Assembly (NCBI RefSeq): GCF_041737865.1
Contig: NZ_JBGSQZ010000265.1
Span: forward strand, 30,870 to 62,869
Source: Chamaesiphon sp.
Lineage (GTDB): Bacteria; Cyanobacteriota; Cyanobacteriia; Cyanobacteriales; Chamaesiphonaceae
DNA: 32,000 bases
Reading direction: 5' to 3'
Shown here: one piece after another, positions 1 through 8,871 of the stretch
How positions within the stretch are numbered: the first letter of the stretch is position 1
How the letters are laid out: every line of letters begins with the position of its first letter
Program-made: the position numbers and the translations under genes
The notes under the pieces: model-generated
Databases searched by the model: none
The model's input: only the letters and a program-made list of their open reading frames with translations
What the model was told of the DNA's origin: nothing

Positions 1-243
1 TACCATCGCTGCAAATTGGCGAGAGAAGACTGCTTTGTCCCGAACAGTCACGGGATTCATCGCTGCTTCAAGATCTGATAAGTCGATCTTCGTGATATCA
101 AAAGATTTGACTGGTCTAATATTTTGAATAAATTGATATTTCTTCTTGAGTTTTGTCCGTGCAGACGCAACAGTTTGAGCATCAACTTTTTCTTGCTTGA
201 TATTCCCTTGGGAATCACGGACTTCAGCGATAAATGTTGGCAT
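1..243 (-). CDS. pilC: Type IV pilus platform protein PilC (GspF/T2SS-F family), first 81 codons only; the gene runs off the left edge
   Basis: Absent from the ORF track because it is truncated. The reverse complement from ATG at 243-241 reads MPTFIAEVRDSQGNIKQEKVDAQTVASARTKLKKKYQFIQNIRPVKSFDITKIDLSDLEAAMNPVTVRDKAVFSRQFAAMV, with no stop down to position 1. The KDKAVFSRQFAAM segment matches the start of the first GspF domain. It lies directly downstream of pilB-pilT, as in cyanobacterial pilB-pilT-pilC clusters. Confidence 0.85.
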   Translation of the reverse strand, partial: MPTFIAEVRDSQGNIKQEKVDAQTVASARTKLKKKYQFIQNIRPVKSFDITKIDLSDLEAAMNPVTVRDKAVFSRQFAAMV

Positions 244-260
244 CTTTTTTAGAGGGTAGG

Positions 261-291
261 GGTTAGGAGGCTTTAGGCTTTAGGCTTTGGG
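261..291. repeat. Heptamer tandem array, family A (AGGCTTT x3 with degenerate flanks)
   Basis: Read directly as ggttagg aggcttt aggcttt aggcttt gggc. It fills most of the 48-nt pilT-pilC spacer and abuts the pilT stop at 292-294. Confidence 0.9.
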
Positions 292-1389
292 CTAATTCCG
301 AGTTGCCATTGGTGTAGCTCCAATCAGGCGTTGGAGTTCTTCAGGTCTGGAAGACTTAGAGATGCCAACTTCAAAGGAAATAGTCCCTTCACGAATGTGT
401 TTGGCGAGGATCGATTCCATTGTATTCATCCCTAGTTTGGCTCCAGTTTGGATCGCACTATAGATTTGAGCGGTTTTACCTTCCCTGATGAGGTTGGAGA
501 TCGCGGGAGTGACGATCATGATTTCTTGAACTAGGACTCGTCCGTATTCGCCAGGTTTGGGTTTTTTCTTCTGGACGAGAGCTTGACTAAAGACGGCGAC
601 GAGCGAGTTAGATAACTGGGCGCGGATTTGGGGTTGTTGTTCGGGGGGGAATACATCTAGCATCCGATCGATCGTCTGAGCGGCGGAGCTAGTATGGAGA
701 GTACCCATAACTAAGTGTCCAGTTTCGGCAGCACTAATTGCCAAACTAATGGTTTCCAAGTCTCGTAATTCTCCGACCAGAATCACGTCTGGATCTTCCC
801 GCAAGGCGGCTCTGAGGGCATTGGAGAAGCTTTTAGTATCTTCACCCTTTTGGCGTTGGTGGACGAGGCTTTTGATGTTAGAAAATACATATTCAACCGG
901 ATCTTCGATCGTCAAAATATGTTCGGCGCGAGTCCGATTGATCAGGTCGATCATTGCCGCCATTGTCGTAGTTTTACCAGAACCAGTCGGCCCTGTGACC
1001 AGAATCAGTCCTCTCGGACGACCGCTCATTTCTCTAACGATTTCCGGTAAACCCATCTGGTCGAAGTTAGGAATTTTGGATGACAGTGCCCGTAGACAAG
1101 CAGCGTAGCAACCGCGTTCTTTGTATACATTGACTCGAAACCGAGCCAATCCTTTAACGCCATAGGAGCAGTCTATTTCCCAAGTTTGTTCGAGTTCCTT
1201 CCGCTGCGTATTATTGAGCATACTGAAGATCAGCTTTTGACAATCTTGAGGACTGAGCGGTTCTTCACCGACAGGTGCAAGTTTGCCACTGACTCGGAAA
1301 TAGACAGGCGCACCTGCTTGAATGTGCATATCGGAACCGCCCATTTCGACGAGTCGTTCCATTAGGTCTTCGATCATTAGTTCAGACAT
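292..1389 (-). CDS. pilT: Type IV pilus retraction ATPase PilT
   Basis: ORF track 292..1509. I trimmed the start to ATG 1389-1387 (MSELMIEDLMERLVEMGGSDMH) because the 40 upstream codons (GGWWMV, HHPPP) are read-through of a heptamer repeat. Motifs: Walker A GPTGSGKTT, DVILVGELRD, His box GTLHT, and the PilT-type AISNLIREGK motif. Confidence 0.95.
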   Translation of the reverse strand: MSELMIEDLMERLVEMGGSDMHIQAGAPVYFRVSGKLAPVGEEPLSPQDCQKLIFSMLNNTQRKELEQTWEIDCSYGVKGLARFRVNVYKERGCYAACLRALSSKIPNFDQMGLPEIVREMSGRPRGLILVTGPTGSGKTTTMAAMIDLINRTRAEHILTIEDPVEYVFSNIKSLVHQRQKGEDTKSFSNALRAALREDPDVILVGELRDLETISLAISAAETGHLVMGTLHTSSAAQTIDRMLDVFPPEQQPQIRAQLSNSLVAVFSQALVQKKKPKPGEYGRVLVQEIMIVTPAISNLIREGKTAQIYSAIQTGAKLGMNTMESILAKHIREGTISFEVGISKSSRPEELQRLIGATPMATRN

Positions 1390-1410
1390 AGTTCTGGGAG
1401 ATGGTGGTGG

Positions 1411-1505
1411 ATGGTGGATGGTGGATGGTGGGATAGTGATGAGTGAGTAGTAGATCGGGTTTGAGGACATTAACGTCCCTTTATTGACCATCCACCATCC
1501 ACCAT
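1411..1505. repeat. Inverted family-E heptamer arrays (TGGATGG / CCATCCA) forming an 18-bp stem in the pilB-pilT spacer
   Basis: 1411-1428 atggtggatggtggatgg is the exact reverse complement of 1488-1505 ccatccaccatccaccat. The loop is 59 nt. The full arrays extend over 1401-1432 and 1488-1509. Confidence 0.9.
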
Positions 1506-1508
1506 TCA

Positions 1509-3500
1509 CTAATTCTCAAATCTCGGAGTCATACAATACGGACAATCGAGCCATTCCGGTTGGAGTGAGGCAGAGCAGGTGGCGCAAACCAGGGTAGTTT
1601 TGCGCTTGGCTTTGAGTTCGGCTTCCAAACCGGAATCTGTGAACGTAACTCGTTCCACTTCGGTGAGAGTGGTATGACCTTCCTGAACCATCTGGAGACT
1701 GTAAGCCAGTAGCGTTTTCATCCCCTGTTGCACGGCGGTTTCCTTGATGATGGCGGAGGGAGCGCGTTTGTTGATCAGAGTAGCTAGCTCATCGGTAATT
1801 TGCATCACTTCATAGACACCGATTCGCCCGCGATAACCAACTCCGTTACAGTTTTTGCAGAGTTCTCCGCTAGCTTTAGCAGATTCGATCGCATCGTTAG
1901 TCAGTTCGTTAGCTTTGTAAAATGTGACGACTGCATCTCCAGAGCTAGACAACCCAAACCGACTGAGTTCTTCGCGAGTGGGAGTATAGGCAATGCGACA
2001 CTCAACACAAGCTTTGCGGAGTAGTCGTTGAGCGACAACACCAACTAGCGCAGCAGAAACCATGAAGGGTTCTACACCCATCTCATCTAGCCTTGCGATC
2101 GATCCTGCCGCGTCATTGGTGTGGAGGGTAGTCATGACCATGTGACCAGTTAAAGCCGCCTCCATGGAGGTTTTAGCCGTCTCTTGGTCGCGGGTTTCTC
2201 CCACCAGGATGATGTCGGGATCTTGCCGCATGAAGGCGCGGAGGATCGAGGCGAAGTTCATCCCTTTTTCGCGAATTACCTGGACTTGATTGATCCCAGG
2301 CAGGGCATACTCGATCGGATCTTCAGCCGTACTGATATTGACGCCAGGATCGTTGCGTTCCGCCAGTAGCGAATAAAGTGTAGTCGATTTACCCGAACCC
2401 GTCGGCCCCGTCACCAAAATCAATCCAAACGGACGACTACCCATCGCGCGGACGATTTCCAGTGTCGGCAGATCGCTAATTAATTTATCTAAACCGAGTT
2501 GGGTGGAAGAGTTATCCAAAATCCGCATACAGACTTTTTCCCCATATCTACTAGGGAGAGTACTCATCCGAAAGTCTACTTTCCGACCCTCAAATGTCCG
2601 GCGAATCCGACCATCTTGAGGCAACCGTCGCTCGGCGATATCCAATTCAGCGATGATTTTGAAGCGGGAGATAACTGCTGGAATGATATGTTTCGGCAGA
2701 ATTGGGAAAGCCTGACGCAATACCCCATCCTTGCGAAACCGTACTCTCAAGCCCTCCTCCTGCGGCTCAATGTGGATATCCGAAACTTTTTCCATCAAAC
2801 CTTTGGCGAGAATTTGATTGACCAATTTGACGACGGGAGCAGCTTCTGCGCCTTGAACGTCGATCTCATCGTCCAGTTCGGCTTCAGCATTGCCTAGCTC
2901 TGGCGTATCAAAGTTCTCAATTTCGATACTGAGATTTTTTTTAGAATTATCCGCCGCATCCTGTTGAATCCGTTCGTCTAAATAGCCATCGAGGAGTTTT
3001 TGATAGTCTTCAGGTGCGATTACCTCACTCCGCCAACCGATCCCATGCGGACGGAGAATTTTGTCCAAGTCATTTTTGGCTTGAAGATCGTTCGGCTTGA
3101 CCATCGCCACTGTCAGAATTGGCGGATCTCCCTCCAGTTTACCGATCGGGAGTAATTTAAGTTGCCGACAACTATCAGCAGAGATAAAAGTATTAATTAA
3201 TTCTCGAACTTGGAGCTTATTAATCTGAGCGGAGGCAATATCCACCGCATTCAAACCGTAGACAATCTTTAGTTCAAATAACTGTTGTTTTTTATATTGG
3301 TGTTGTAACTCAGCAGGCAAAGATTTGCCAGTCAGGGACTCCAAAACCTCTGTCAGTGGGTGGTTATTGACCCGACTATCAACTAATGCTTGTTTGAGTT
3401 GTTCCGCATTGACATAACCCGATTGAATCAGCTTATTGCCGAAAGGAGAAAAGTCATTACGGACGATTAGTGCCCGCTTGGGAGATGAAGATTGAGTCAT
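1509..3500 (-). CDS. pilB: Type IV pilus assembly (extension) ATPase PilB, GspE family
   Basis: 663-aa ORF. Motifs: Walker A GPTGSGKSTT, ILVGETRD, TLHTNDA, and the GspE tetracysteine region CVEC...CKNCNGVGYRGR. It has an N-terminal T2SSE_N-like region and an extra C-terminal CATC...CPYC zinc-ribbon-like tail. Confidence 0.95.
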   Translation of the reverse strand: MTQSSSPKRALIVRNDFSPFGNKLIQSGYVNAEQLKQALVDSRVNNHPLTEVLESLTGKSLPAELQHQYKKQQLFELKIVYGLNAVDIASAQINKLQVRELINTFISADSCRQLKLLPIGKLEGDPPILTVAMVKPNDLQAKNDLDKILRPHGIGWRSEVIAPEDYQKLLDGYLDERIQQDAADNSKKNLSIEIENFDTPELGNAEAELDDEIDVQGAEAAPVVKLVNQILAKGLMEKVSDIHIEPQEEGLRVRFRKDGVLRQAFPILPKHIIPAVISRFKIIAELDIAERRLPQDGRIRRTFEGRKVDFRMSTLPSRYGEKVCMRILDNSSTQLGLDKLISDLPTLEIVRAMGSRPFGLILVTGPTGSGKSTTLYSLLAERNDPGVNISTAEDPIEYALPGINQVQVIREKGMNFASILRAFMRQDPDIILVGETRDQETAKTSMEAALTGHMVMTTLHTNDAAGSIARLDEMGVEPFMVSAALVGVVAQRLLRKACVECRIAYTPTREELSRFGLSSSGDAVVTFYKANELTNDAIESAKASGELCKNCNGVGYRGRIGVYEVMQITDELATLINKRAPSAIIKETAVQQGMKTLLAYSLQMVQEGHTTLTEVERVTFTDSGLEAELKAKRKTTLVCATCSASLQPEWLDCPYCMTPRFEN

Positions 3501-3505
3501 AGCTG

Positions 3506-3574
3506 CTATTTATGGCCGAAAGCAGAAAAGTCATTGCGGACGATGAGTGTCCGCTGAGGCGAAGATTTAGTCAT
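3506..3574 (-). other. 22-codon mini-ORF that is a diverged tandem copy of the pilB 5' end
   Basis: Reverse complement: ATG ACT AAA TCT TCG CCT CAG CGG ACA CTC ATC GTC CGC AAT GAC TTT TCT GCT TTC GGC CAT AAA TAG = MTKSSPQRTLIVRNDFSAFGHK*. The PilB N-terminus is MTQSSSPKRALIVRNDFSPFGNK. The stop at 3506-3508 lies 5 nt before the pilB ATG at 3500 and is out of frame with pilB. Confidence 0.6.
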
Positions 3575-3636
3575 ATCTACCGTAGTTATCTCCCTAGCTT
3601 TACAGTATGCCCACAGATAAACTAAATGTACCCATT

Positions 3637-3652
3637 CGATCGAATTCGATCG
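3637..3652. promoter_or_regulatory. Perfect 16-bp palindrome CGATCGAATTCGATCG upstream of the pilB region
   Basis: Read directly. It lies 63 nt upstream of the mini-ORF ATG at 3574, inside the pilB/grpE divergent intergenic region. Any operator role is inference only. Confidence 0.3.
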
Positions 3653-4125
3653 CTGTGTCCAGAATAAAATTTACCAACCCGATCGAAATCGAGCATCAGA
3701 TCGGCGGAACGCCGCTCGATCGTCGATCGATGATACTTTCGATCGATAATTGGGCATGATGAGATGAGGGCATGTGACTTGAGCTAACAATCCAAACCGA
3801 TCGGATTGCCACAGACAGATCTTGAATGTGTCAAAGATCTCATTTTCAAAAGTGTTCGATGATGTCTAACGGCTGGTTAACGTCAACAAACTAGATCGGG
3901 TTTCTACTCAAAAAGTAGATTTACCGTATTAGCCTTGCCGATCGATATATATTTAAAGTATGTATTTGAGGAGTTATTTAGACTTCCGAGTGGCTATGCC
4001 AACTCATGGCTTTGCCAATGGCGAACCGTTGTGCAAACACTCGTTCGAGTATCGTCTCCACTGGAGCATCGAATATCGAATAATAAATATTGCCTAGCAG
4101 TCTGTTAACAGAGAATGAATGAACG

Positions 4126-4878
4126 ATGAGTGAAACCCCACAGCAGAGTAGACCAGATGATGAGATGCTCTCATCACCACTACCCCCAGTCGAATCTCCG
4201 TCCGCCACAGAGACGGTCGCCGCCTCCGCTCCCGACCCATCGCAGCCGATTAATCCGGAGGTAGTTGAGGGCATCGATCCTCATCCCGAACGTCCTACCG
4301 GATCGGTACAAACACCACCTGTCGAAGCTGAAACGCCAACTACACCCCAATCAGATCTTCAGTCGCTGACTGTGAAGTTGGCAGAGATCTCCAACCAACG
4401 AGATGCCTTTCAAAGCCAATATCTGCGGATTGCCGCCGATTTTGACAACTTCCGCAAGCGGAGTAGCAAAGAAAAAGAAGACGTCGAACTCAAGACTAAA
4501 TGCGCCACCATCATCGAACTGTTGAGTGTTGTCGATAACTTTGAGCGCGCCAGAACCCAAATCAAACCCCAAAATGATGGGGAAATGGGCATTCACAAAA
4601 GCTATCAAGGCGTCTATAAACAATTGGTCGAAAGTCTCAAACGGATTGGGGTATCACCCATGAAATCAGCAGGACAACAATTCGATCCAAATCTGCATGA
4701 AGCCGTAATGCGTCAACCGACAGATGAACATCCTGAAGGCACCGTGATCGACGAGCTTCAGCGCGGTTACTACCTAGGCGATCGAATTTTACGTCACGCC
4801 TTGGTCAAAGTAGCTGCACCACCAGAACAGCTATCGTCAGAAGATGCCGCTAGTTTTGACTCATCAGTCGATAATTAA
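4126..4878 (+). CDS. grpE: Nucleotide exchange factor GrpE
   Basis: 250-aa ORF with the GrpE core [21 protein letters not shown] ... VDNFERA ... [17 protein letters not shown] Pro/Ser/Glu-rich N-terminal extension is present. It lies immediately upstream of dnaK. Confidence 0.95.
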   Translation: MSETPQQSRPDDEMLSSPLPPVESPSATETVAASAPDPSQPINPEVVEGIDPHPERPTGSVQTPPVEAETPTTPQSDLQSLTVKLAEISNQRDAFQSQYLRIAADFDNFRKRSSKEKEDVELKTKCATIIELLSVVDNFERARTQIKPQNDGEMGIHKSYQGVYKQLVESLKRIGVSPMKSAGQQFDPNLHEAVMRQPTDEHPEGTVIDELQRGYYLGDRILRHALVKVAAPPEQLSSEDAASFDSSVDN

Positions 4879-4977
4879 CGCGGTTGAGAGCCGATCGTTG
4901 AGACATCATTACCTTCTAGCTCAATCCTCGACATCCCCCTTTTCCCGCATCCTTTTTTAAAATATTGCCTCACTCTT

Positions 4978-6972
4978 ATGGCAAAAGTCATCGGCATCGA
5001 CCTTGGTACTACGAACAGCTGCGTCTCCGTCCTCGAAGGCGGTATTCCTGTGGTCATCTCCAATGCTGAGGGTGGTCGCACCACTCCCAGTATCATTGGA
5101 TTTGCCAAAGGCGGCGAACAATTAGTCGGGCAACTGGCAAAACGACAAGGCGTAACTAATGCGGAAAACACCGTATATAGTATCAAACGCTTTATCGGGC
5201 GGCGATGGGAAGACACAGAAACAGAGCGCAATCGCGTCCCTTACAGTTGTATTAAAGGACGCGATAATACTGTTGACGTGCAGATTCGCGGACGCACCTA
5301 CACCCCTCAAGAGGTGTCCGCGATGATCCTGCAAAAGCTCAAAAAGGATGCCCAAAACTTTTTGGGACATCCTGTCGAGCAAGTGGTGATCACAGTTCCC
5401 GCTTATTTTACCGATGCTCAACGCCAAGCGACTAAAGATGCTGGAACGATCGCGGGATTAGAAGTATTGCGGATCATCAATGAACCCACTGCTGCGGCAC
5501 TTGCCTATGGATTGGATAAAGCTGATACAGAACAAAAAATTCTGGTAGTCGATCTCGGCGGGGGGACATTTGATGTCTCGGTACTGCAATTAGGTAATGG
5601 GATCTATGAAGTCAAAGCCACCTCTGGCAATAACCATTTGGGTGGGGACGATTTTGATAATGAAATCGTGCGCTGGATGATCAAGCACTTCCGCACGACC
5701 GAAAATGTCGATTTGTTGAAAGACAAAATGGCTCTTCAACGATTGCGCGAAGCCGCCGAAAAAGCCAAAGTCGAACTCTCAACGATGATGAGTACGACGA
5801 TCAACCTGCCCTTTATCGCCGCTGATGCCCAAGGTCCCAAGCATCTAGAAATAGAGCTAACTCGGACTAAATTTGAGGAAATGGTCTCAGCCCTGATCCA
5901 AGCCACACTCGAACCAGTCCAACGCGCCCTCAAAGATGCCGATCTCCAAACCAAAGATATCGATCGGATCTTACTAGTAGGCGGCTCCACCCGAATTCCC
6001 GCAGTTCAACGCGCCATTCAAGACTTATTTGGTGGTAAGGAACTCGATCGATCGGTCAACCCCGATGAAGCTGTAGCGATGGGTGCCGCCGTGCAAGCCG
6101 GAGTAGTCGGCGGCGATGTCAAAGATGTCCTCCTGCTCGATGTCACCCCCCTCTCGCTCGGAATTGAAACCCTTGGTGAAGTCTTCACCAAGATCATCGA
6201 TCGTAACACCACGATTCCCACCAGCAAAGGTCAAGAATTTTCGACCGCCACCGATGGACAAACCTCCGTCGAAATCCACGTCCTCCAAGGCGAACGGGCA
6301 ATGGCAAAAGATAACAAGAGCCTGGGTAGATTTCTGCTCACAGGCATCCCTCCCGCGCCCCGTGGGGTACCCAAAATCGAAGTTTCGTTCGATATCGATG
6401 TCAACGGAATTCTGAAAGTCGCCGCCCAAGATCGGGGGACGGGGCGCGAACAAACCGTCTCGATTACCAACACGGGCGGACTCAATAAAGTTGATATCGA
6501 GCGGATGCGGAAAGAAGCCGAAACTTACGCTCAAGATGACTGGCGCAGACTGCAATTGGTGGAACTCAAAAACCAAGCCGATGCCCTGTTCCATACCTAC
6601 GACATCGCCATCAAAGATAACGGTCATCTCATCAATAACCATCTGCGCGAACAAGCCGAAACGACCGCTAGAGCACTCCAAATGATCCTGCTCGAACCAT
6701 CAGCTAACTTGGAAAATGTCCAACAAGCGATCGATAAACTACAACAGCAGATTTTTGCAATGGGTGCGGCTGTCTACCAACAAGGCACTACTCCCAACAA
6801 TACCAACTCGACCGAGCCACCCAATCCCAACGGTCGAACCAGACACGCTCCCCTCAGTCGTGCCGCAGCTCCACCACCCCCACCACCACCCCCAGCCAAA
6901 AAGGTATCGAGCACACTCACATTAGATTACGATGATGAGACAGCTACCACTGACTATGAGGTAGTAGAGTAG
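4978..6972 (+). CDS. dnaK: Hsp70 chaperone DnaK (paralog linked to grpE and dnaJ)
   Basis: 664-aa ORF with Hsp70 signatures [26 protein letters not shown] and [12 protein letters not shown]. The C-terminus is atypical: a P8 run followed by the acidic tail [15 protein letters not shown]. Confidence 0.97.
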   Translation: MAKVIGIDLGTTNSCVSVLEGGIPVVISNAEGGRTTPSIIGFAKGGEQLVGQLAKRQGVTNAENTVYSIKRFIGRRWEDTETERNRVPYSCIKGRDNTVDVQIRGRTYTPQEVSAMILQKLKKDAQNFLGHPVEQVVITVPAYFTDAQRQATKDAGTIAGLEVLRIINEPTAAALAYGLDKADTEQKILVVDLGGGTFDVSVLQLGNGIYEVKATSGNNHLGGDDFDNEIVRWMIKHFRTTENVDLLKDKMALQRLREAAEKAKVELSTMMSTTINLPFIAADAQGPKHLEIELTRTKFEEMVSALIQATLEPVQRALKDADLQTKDIDRILLVGGSTRIPAVQRAIQDLFGGKELDRSVNPDEAVAMGAAVQAGVVGGDVKDVLLLDVTPLSLGIETLGEVFTKIIDRNTTIPTSKGQEFSTATDGQTSVEIHVLQGERAMAKDNKSLGRFLLTGIPPAPRGVPKIEVSFDIDVNGILKVAAQDRGTGREQTVSITNTGGLNKVDIERMRKEAETYAQDDWRRLQLVELKNQADALFHTYDIAIKDNGHLINNHLREQAETTARALQMILLEPSANLENVQQAIDKLQQQIFAMGAAVYQQGTTPNNTNSTEPPNPNGRTRHAPLSRAAAPPPPPPPPAKKVSSTLTLDYDDETATTDYEVVE

Positions 6973-7015
6973 GGTTTAGGAAGGTTTTAGGCTTTAGGTT
7001 TTAGGAAGGCTTTAG
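6972..7015. repeat. Heptamer-type array, family A (TTTAGGC/TTTAGGA variants)
   Basis: gggtttaggaaggttttaggctttaggttttaggaaggctttag begins at the last base of the dnaK stop. TAG triplets at 6970, 6977, 6988, 6995, 7002 and 7013 cover all three frames. Confidence 0.9.
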
Positions 7016-7070
7016 TCAAATCGCGAATCTCTAACCTCTACCCTCTCAACACTAGTAACTTTGCTTTGAT

Positions 7071-7102
7071 GCAAGATGTGAGTAATCCAAGATGTCAGTA
7101 AT
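7071..7102. repeat. Tandem direct repeat of 16 nt (gcaagatgtgagtaat / ccaagatgtcagtaat)
   Basis: Read directly; 14 of 16 positions are identical. It lies in the 371-nt dnaK-dnaJ spacer. Confidence 0.85.
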
Positions 7103-7343
7103 TACGGTTAATACTCCATCACTTAGACCTGATTCCTTTACAATAAGTATCACATTGTCAAATTAGTATAGACAGTTGCCTTCAGTCTCGGCGACAGCGA
7201 TCGATCCGAATCGGAAAGATTGCAGCCACACCATACCAACGATTCGAGCCGCGATCTTTACGAATTAGTGTCTCCATTGCGACCTCTTTCCATCCCGCCC
7301 CCGATCCTGCTTCCGCACACTCCTTGTAAGATAGAACCTCTCT

Positions 7344-8480
7344 ATGGCACGCGACTATTACGAAACCCTTGGCACCTCACGAGATGCCGACCAGGAAGAA
7401 ATTAAACGCGCCTATCGCCGACTGGCGCGGAAATATCACCCAGATGTCAACAAAGAGCCTGGGGCAGAAGAAACTTTTAAAGAAATAAATCGCGCCAATG
7501 AAGTGCTCTCCGAACCAGAACTCCGCGCTCGTTACGATCGCTTTGGTGAAGCCGGAGTATCATCAGGGGGCGGAGCTGCACCTGGATATGGTGACGCAGG
7601 CGACATGGGTGGCTTTGCTGATATCTTTGATGCTTTCTTCAATGGCTTTGGTGGTGCGGCTGGACAACAACAAACTACTCGTCGTCGGAACGGGCCTGCA
7701 CGAGGCGAAGATTTACGCCTCGATCTCAAGCTAGAGTTCCAAGAAGCCATCTTCGGTGGTGAGAAAGAAATTCGGATTCCGCATCTCGAAGCCTGTAATA
7801 CCTGTAAAAGTACTGGAGCTAAACCAGGCTCTACACCTCAAACTTGTAGCACTTGTGGCGGTGCCGGACAAGTCCGTCGCAATACCCGCACTCCCTTTGG
7901 TAACTTTACTCAAGTATCTGTCTGTCCCACCTGTAATGGCGATGGTCAGGTAATTGAAGACAAATGTGAAGTGTGTAATGGCGCAGGACGCAAGCAGGAA
8001 ACCAAAAAACTAAAAATCTCGATCCCCAAAGGGGTCGATAATGGTACCAAACTACGGATTGGCAAAGAAGGTGATGCTGGACTGCGCGGCGGCCCAGCAG
8101 GGGATTTGTACGTGTATTTACATGTCGAGGAAGATGCCAAATTCCGCCGCGAGGGAATCAATATTCTCTCTCAAGTCAAGATTAGTTACCTTCAGGCAAT
8201 TCTCGGTAGTCACATCCAAATCGATACCGTAGATGGGCCAACCGAACTAAATATTCCCGCAGGTATCCAACCAAATACCGTCCTCAAATTAGAACAAAAA
8301 GGTGTCCCGCGTCTAGGTAATGAAGTCAGCCGAGGCGATCATTTACTTACGCTCCAAATCGATATCCCCGCCAAGGTGAGTAACGAAGAACGCGAACTGC
8401 TCGAAAAACTCGCGAAACTGCGCGGCGACAGAGTTGGTAAAGGCGGCATTGGGAGTATTTTTGGTAATGTCTTTAAATAG
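7344..8480 (+). CDS. dnaJ: Type I Hsp40 co-chaperone DnaJ
   Basis: J domain DYYETLG...[14 protein letters not shown] (HPD motif), a Gly/Phe-rich linker, and four CxxCxGxG zinc motifs ([32 protein letters not shown]). Confidence 0.97.
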   Translation: MARDYYETLGTSRDADQEEIKRAYRRLARKYHPDVNKEPGAEETFKEINRANEVLSEPELRARYDRFGEAGVSSGGGAAPGYGDAGDMGGFADIFDAFFNGFGGAAGQQQTTRRRNGPARGEDLRLDLKLEFQEAIFGGEKEIRIPHLEACNTCKSTGAKPGSTPQTCSTCGGAGQVRRNTRTPFGNFTQVSVCPTCNGDGQVIEDKCEVCNGAGRKQETKKLKISIPKGVDNGTKLRIGKEGDAGLRGGPAGDLYVYLHVEEDAKFRREGINILSQVKISYLQAILGSHIQIDTVDGPTELNIPAGIQPNTVLKLEQKGVPRLGNEVSRGDHLLTLQIDIPAKVSNEERELLEKLAKLRGDRVGKGGIGSIFGNVFK

Positions 8481-8564
8481 GGGATAGGGAATAGAAATCG
8501 GACAATAATCTGAAATTTTTTGCTCTAAAACTCCAACTCTAAAACCCTATCCCCTATCCCCTAT
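8477..8564. repeat. Inverted family-D heptamer arrays (GGGGATA / CCCTATC) forming a 13-bp stem in the dnaJ/tusA-like spacer
   Basis: 8477-8489 ataggggataggg is the exact reverse complement of 8552-8564 ccctatcccctat. The loop is 62 nt. The left arm contains the dnaJ stop (8478-8480). The right arm ends 5 nt before ATG 8569. Confidence 0.9.
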
Positions 8565-8568
8565 CTCA

Positions 8569-8808
8569 ATGACTCAACTAGACTTACGCGGGACACCATG
8601 TCCGATTAACTTTGTGCGGACAAAGATGAAGCTAGAACAGATGGCTGCTGGGGAGATATTGGAAGTATGGTTGGATGCTGGAGAACCGATCGAGCAAGTA
8701 CCTGATAGTCTGAAAATGGCGGGTTACACGATCGATCGGATCGTTCCTGGCGTTGACCCTTTAACAGAAAATCATCACGAATTTTTTATGCTCCAAGTTC
8801 ATAGCTAG
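8569..8808 (+). CDS. TusA/SirA-like sulfurtransferase family protein
   Basis: 79-aa ORF. LDLRGTPCPINFVRTKMKLEQM carries the conserved Cys-Pro of the TusA/SirA fold. Both the size and the position after dnaJ fit this family. Confidence 0.75.
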   Translation: MTQLDLRGTPCPINFVRTKMKLEQMAAGEILEVWLDAGEPIEQVPDSLKMAGYTIDRIVPGVDPLTENHHEFFMLQVHS

Positions 8809-8871
8809 CAAGTCAGGAATCGATCGATTACACTACTTCTCGCCGCTCCCATCTCCCCCCCTTCCTCCTCC

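Noticed and set aside
1390-1509. 40-codon N-terminal extension of pilT in the ORF track (GTG 1509, MNGGWWMVNKGTL...HHPPPSPRT)
   Set aside because: It is translated straight through the family-E heptamer arrays, which contain no stop triplets. Its sequence is repeat-derived low complexity. The PilT homology begins at MSELMIEDL (ATG 1389).
3978-4274. 98-aa minus-strand ORF overlapping the grpE start
   Set aside because: It is antisense to the clearly real grpE N-terminus, has no recognisable motif, and is most likely a shadow ORF of the GC-rich Pro/Ser-coding region.
6025-6681. 218-aa minus-strand ORF, together with several 60-130-aa ORFs, inside dnaK, dnaJ, pilB, dnaN and the WD40 gene
   Set aside because: All are antisense or off-frame inside strongly supported genes and carry no motifs. 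These are typical shadow ORFs.
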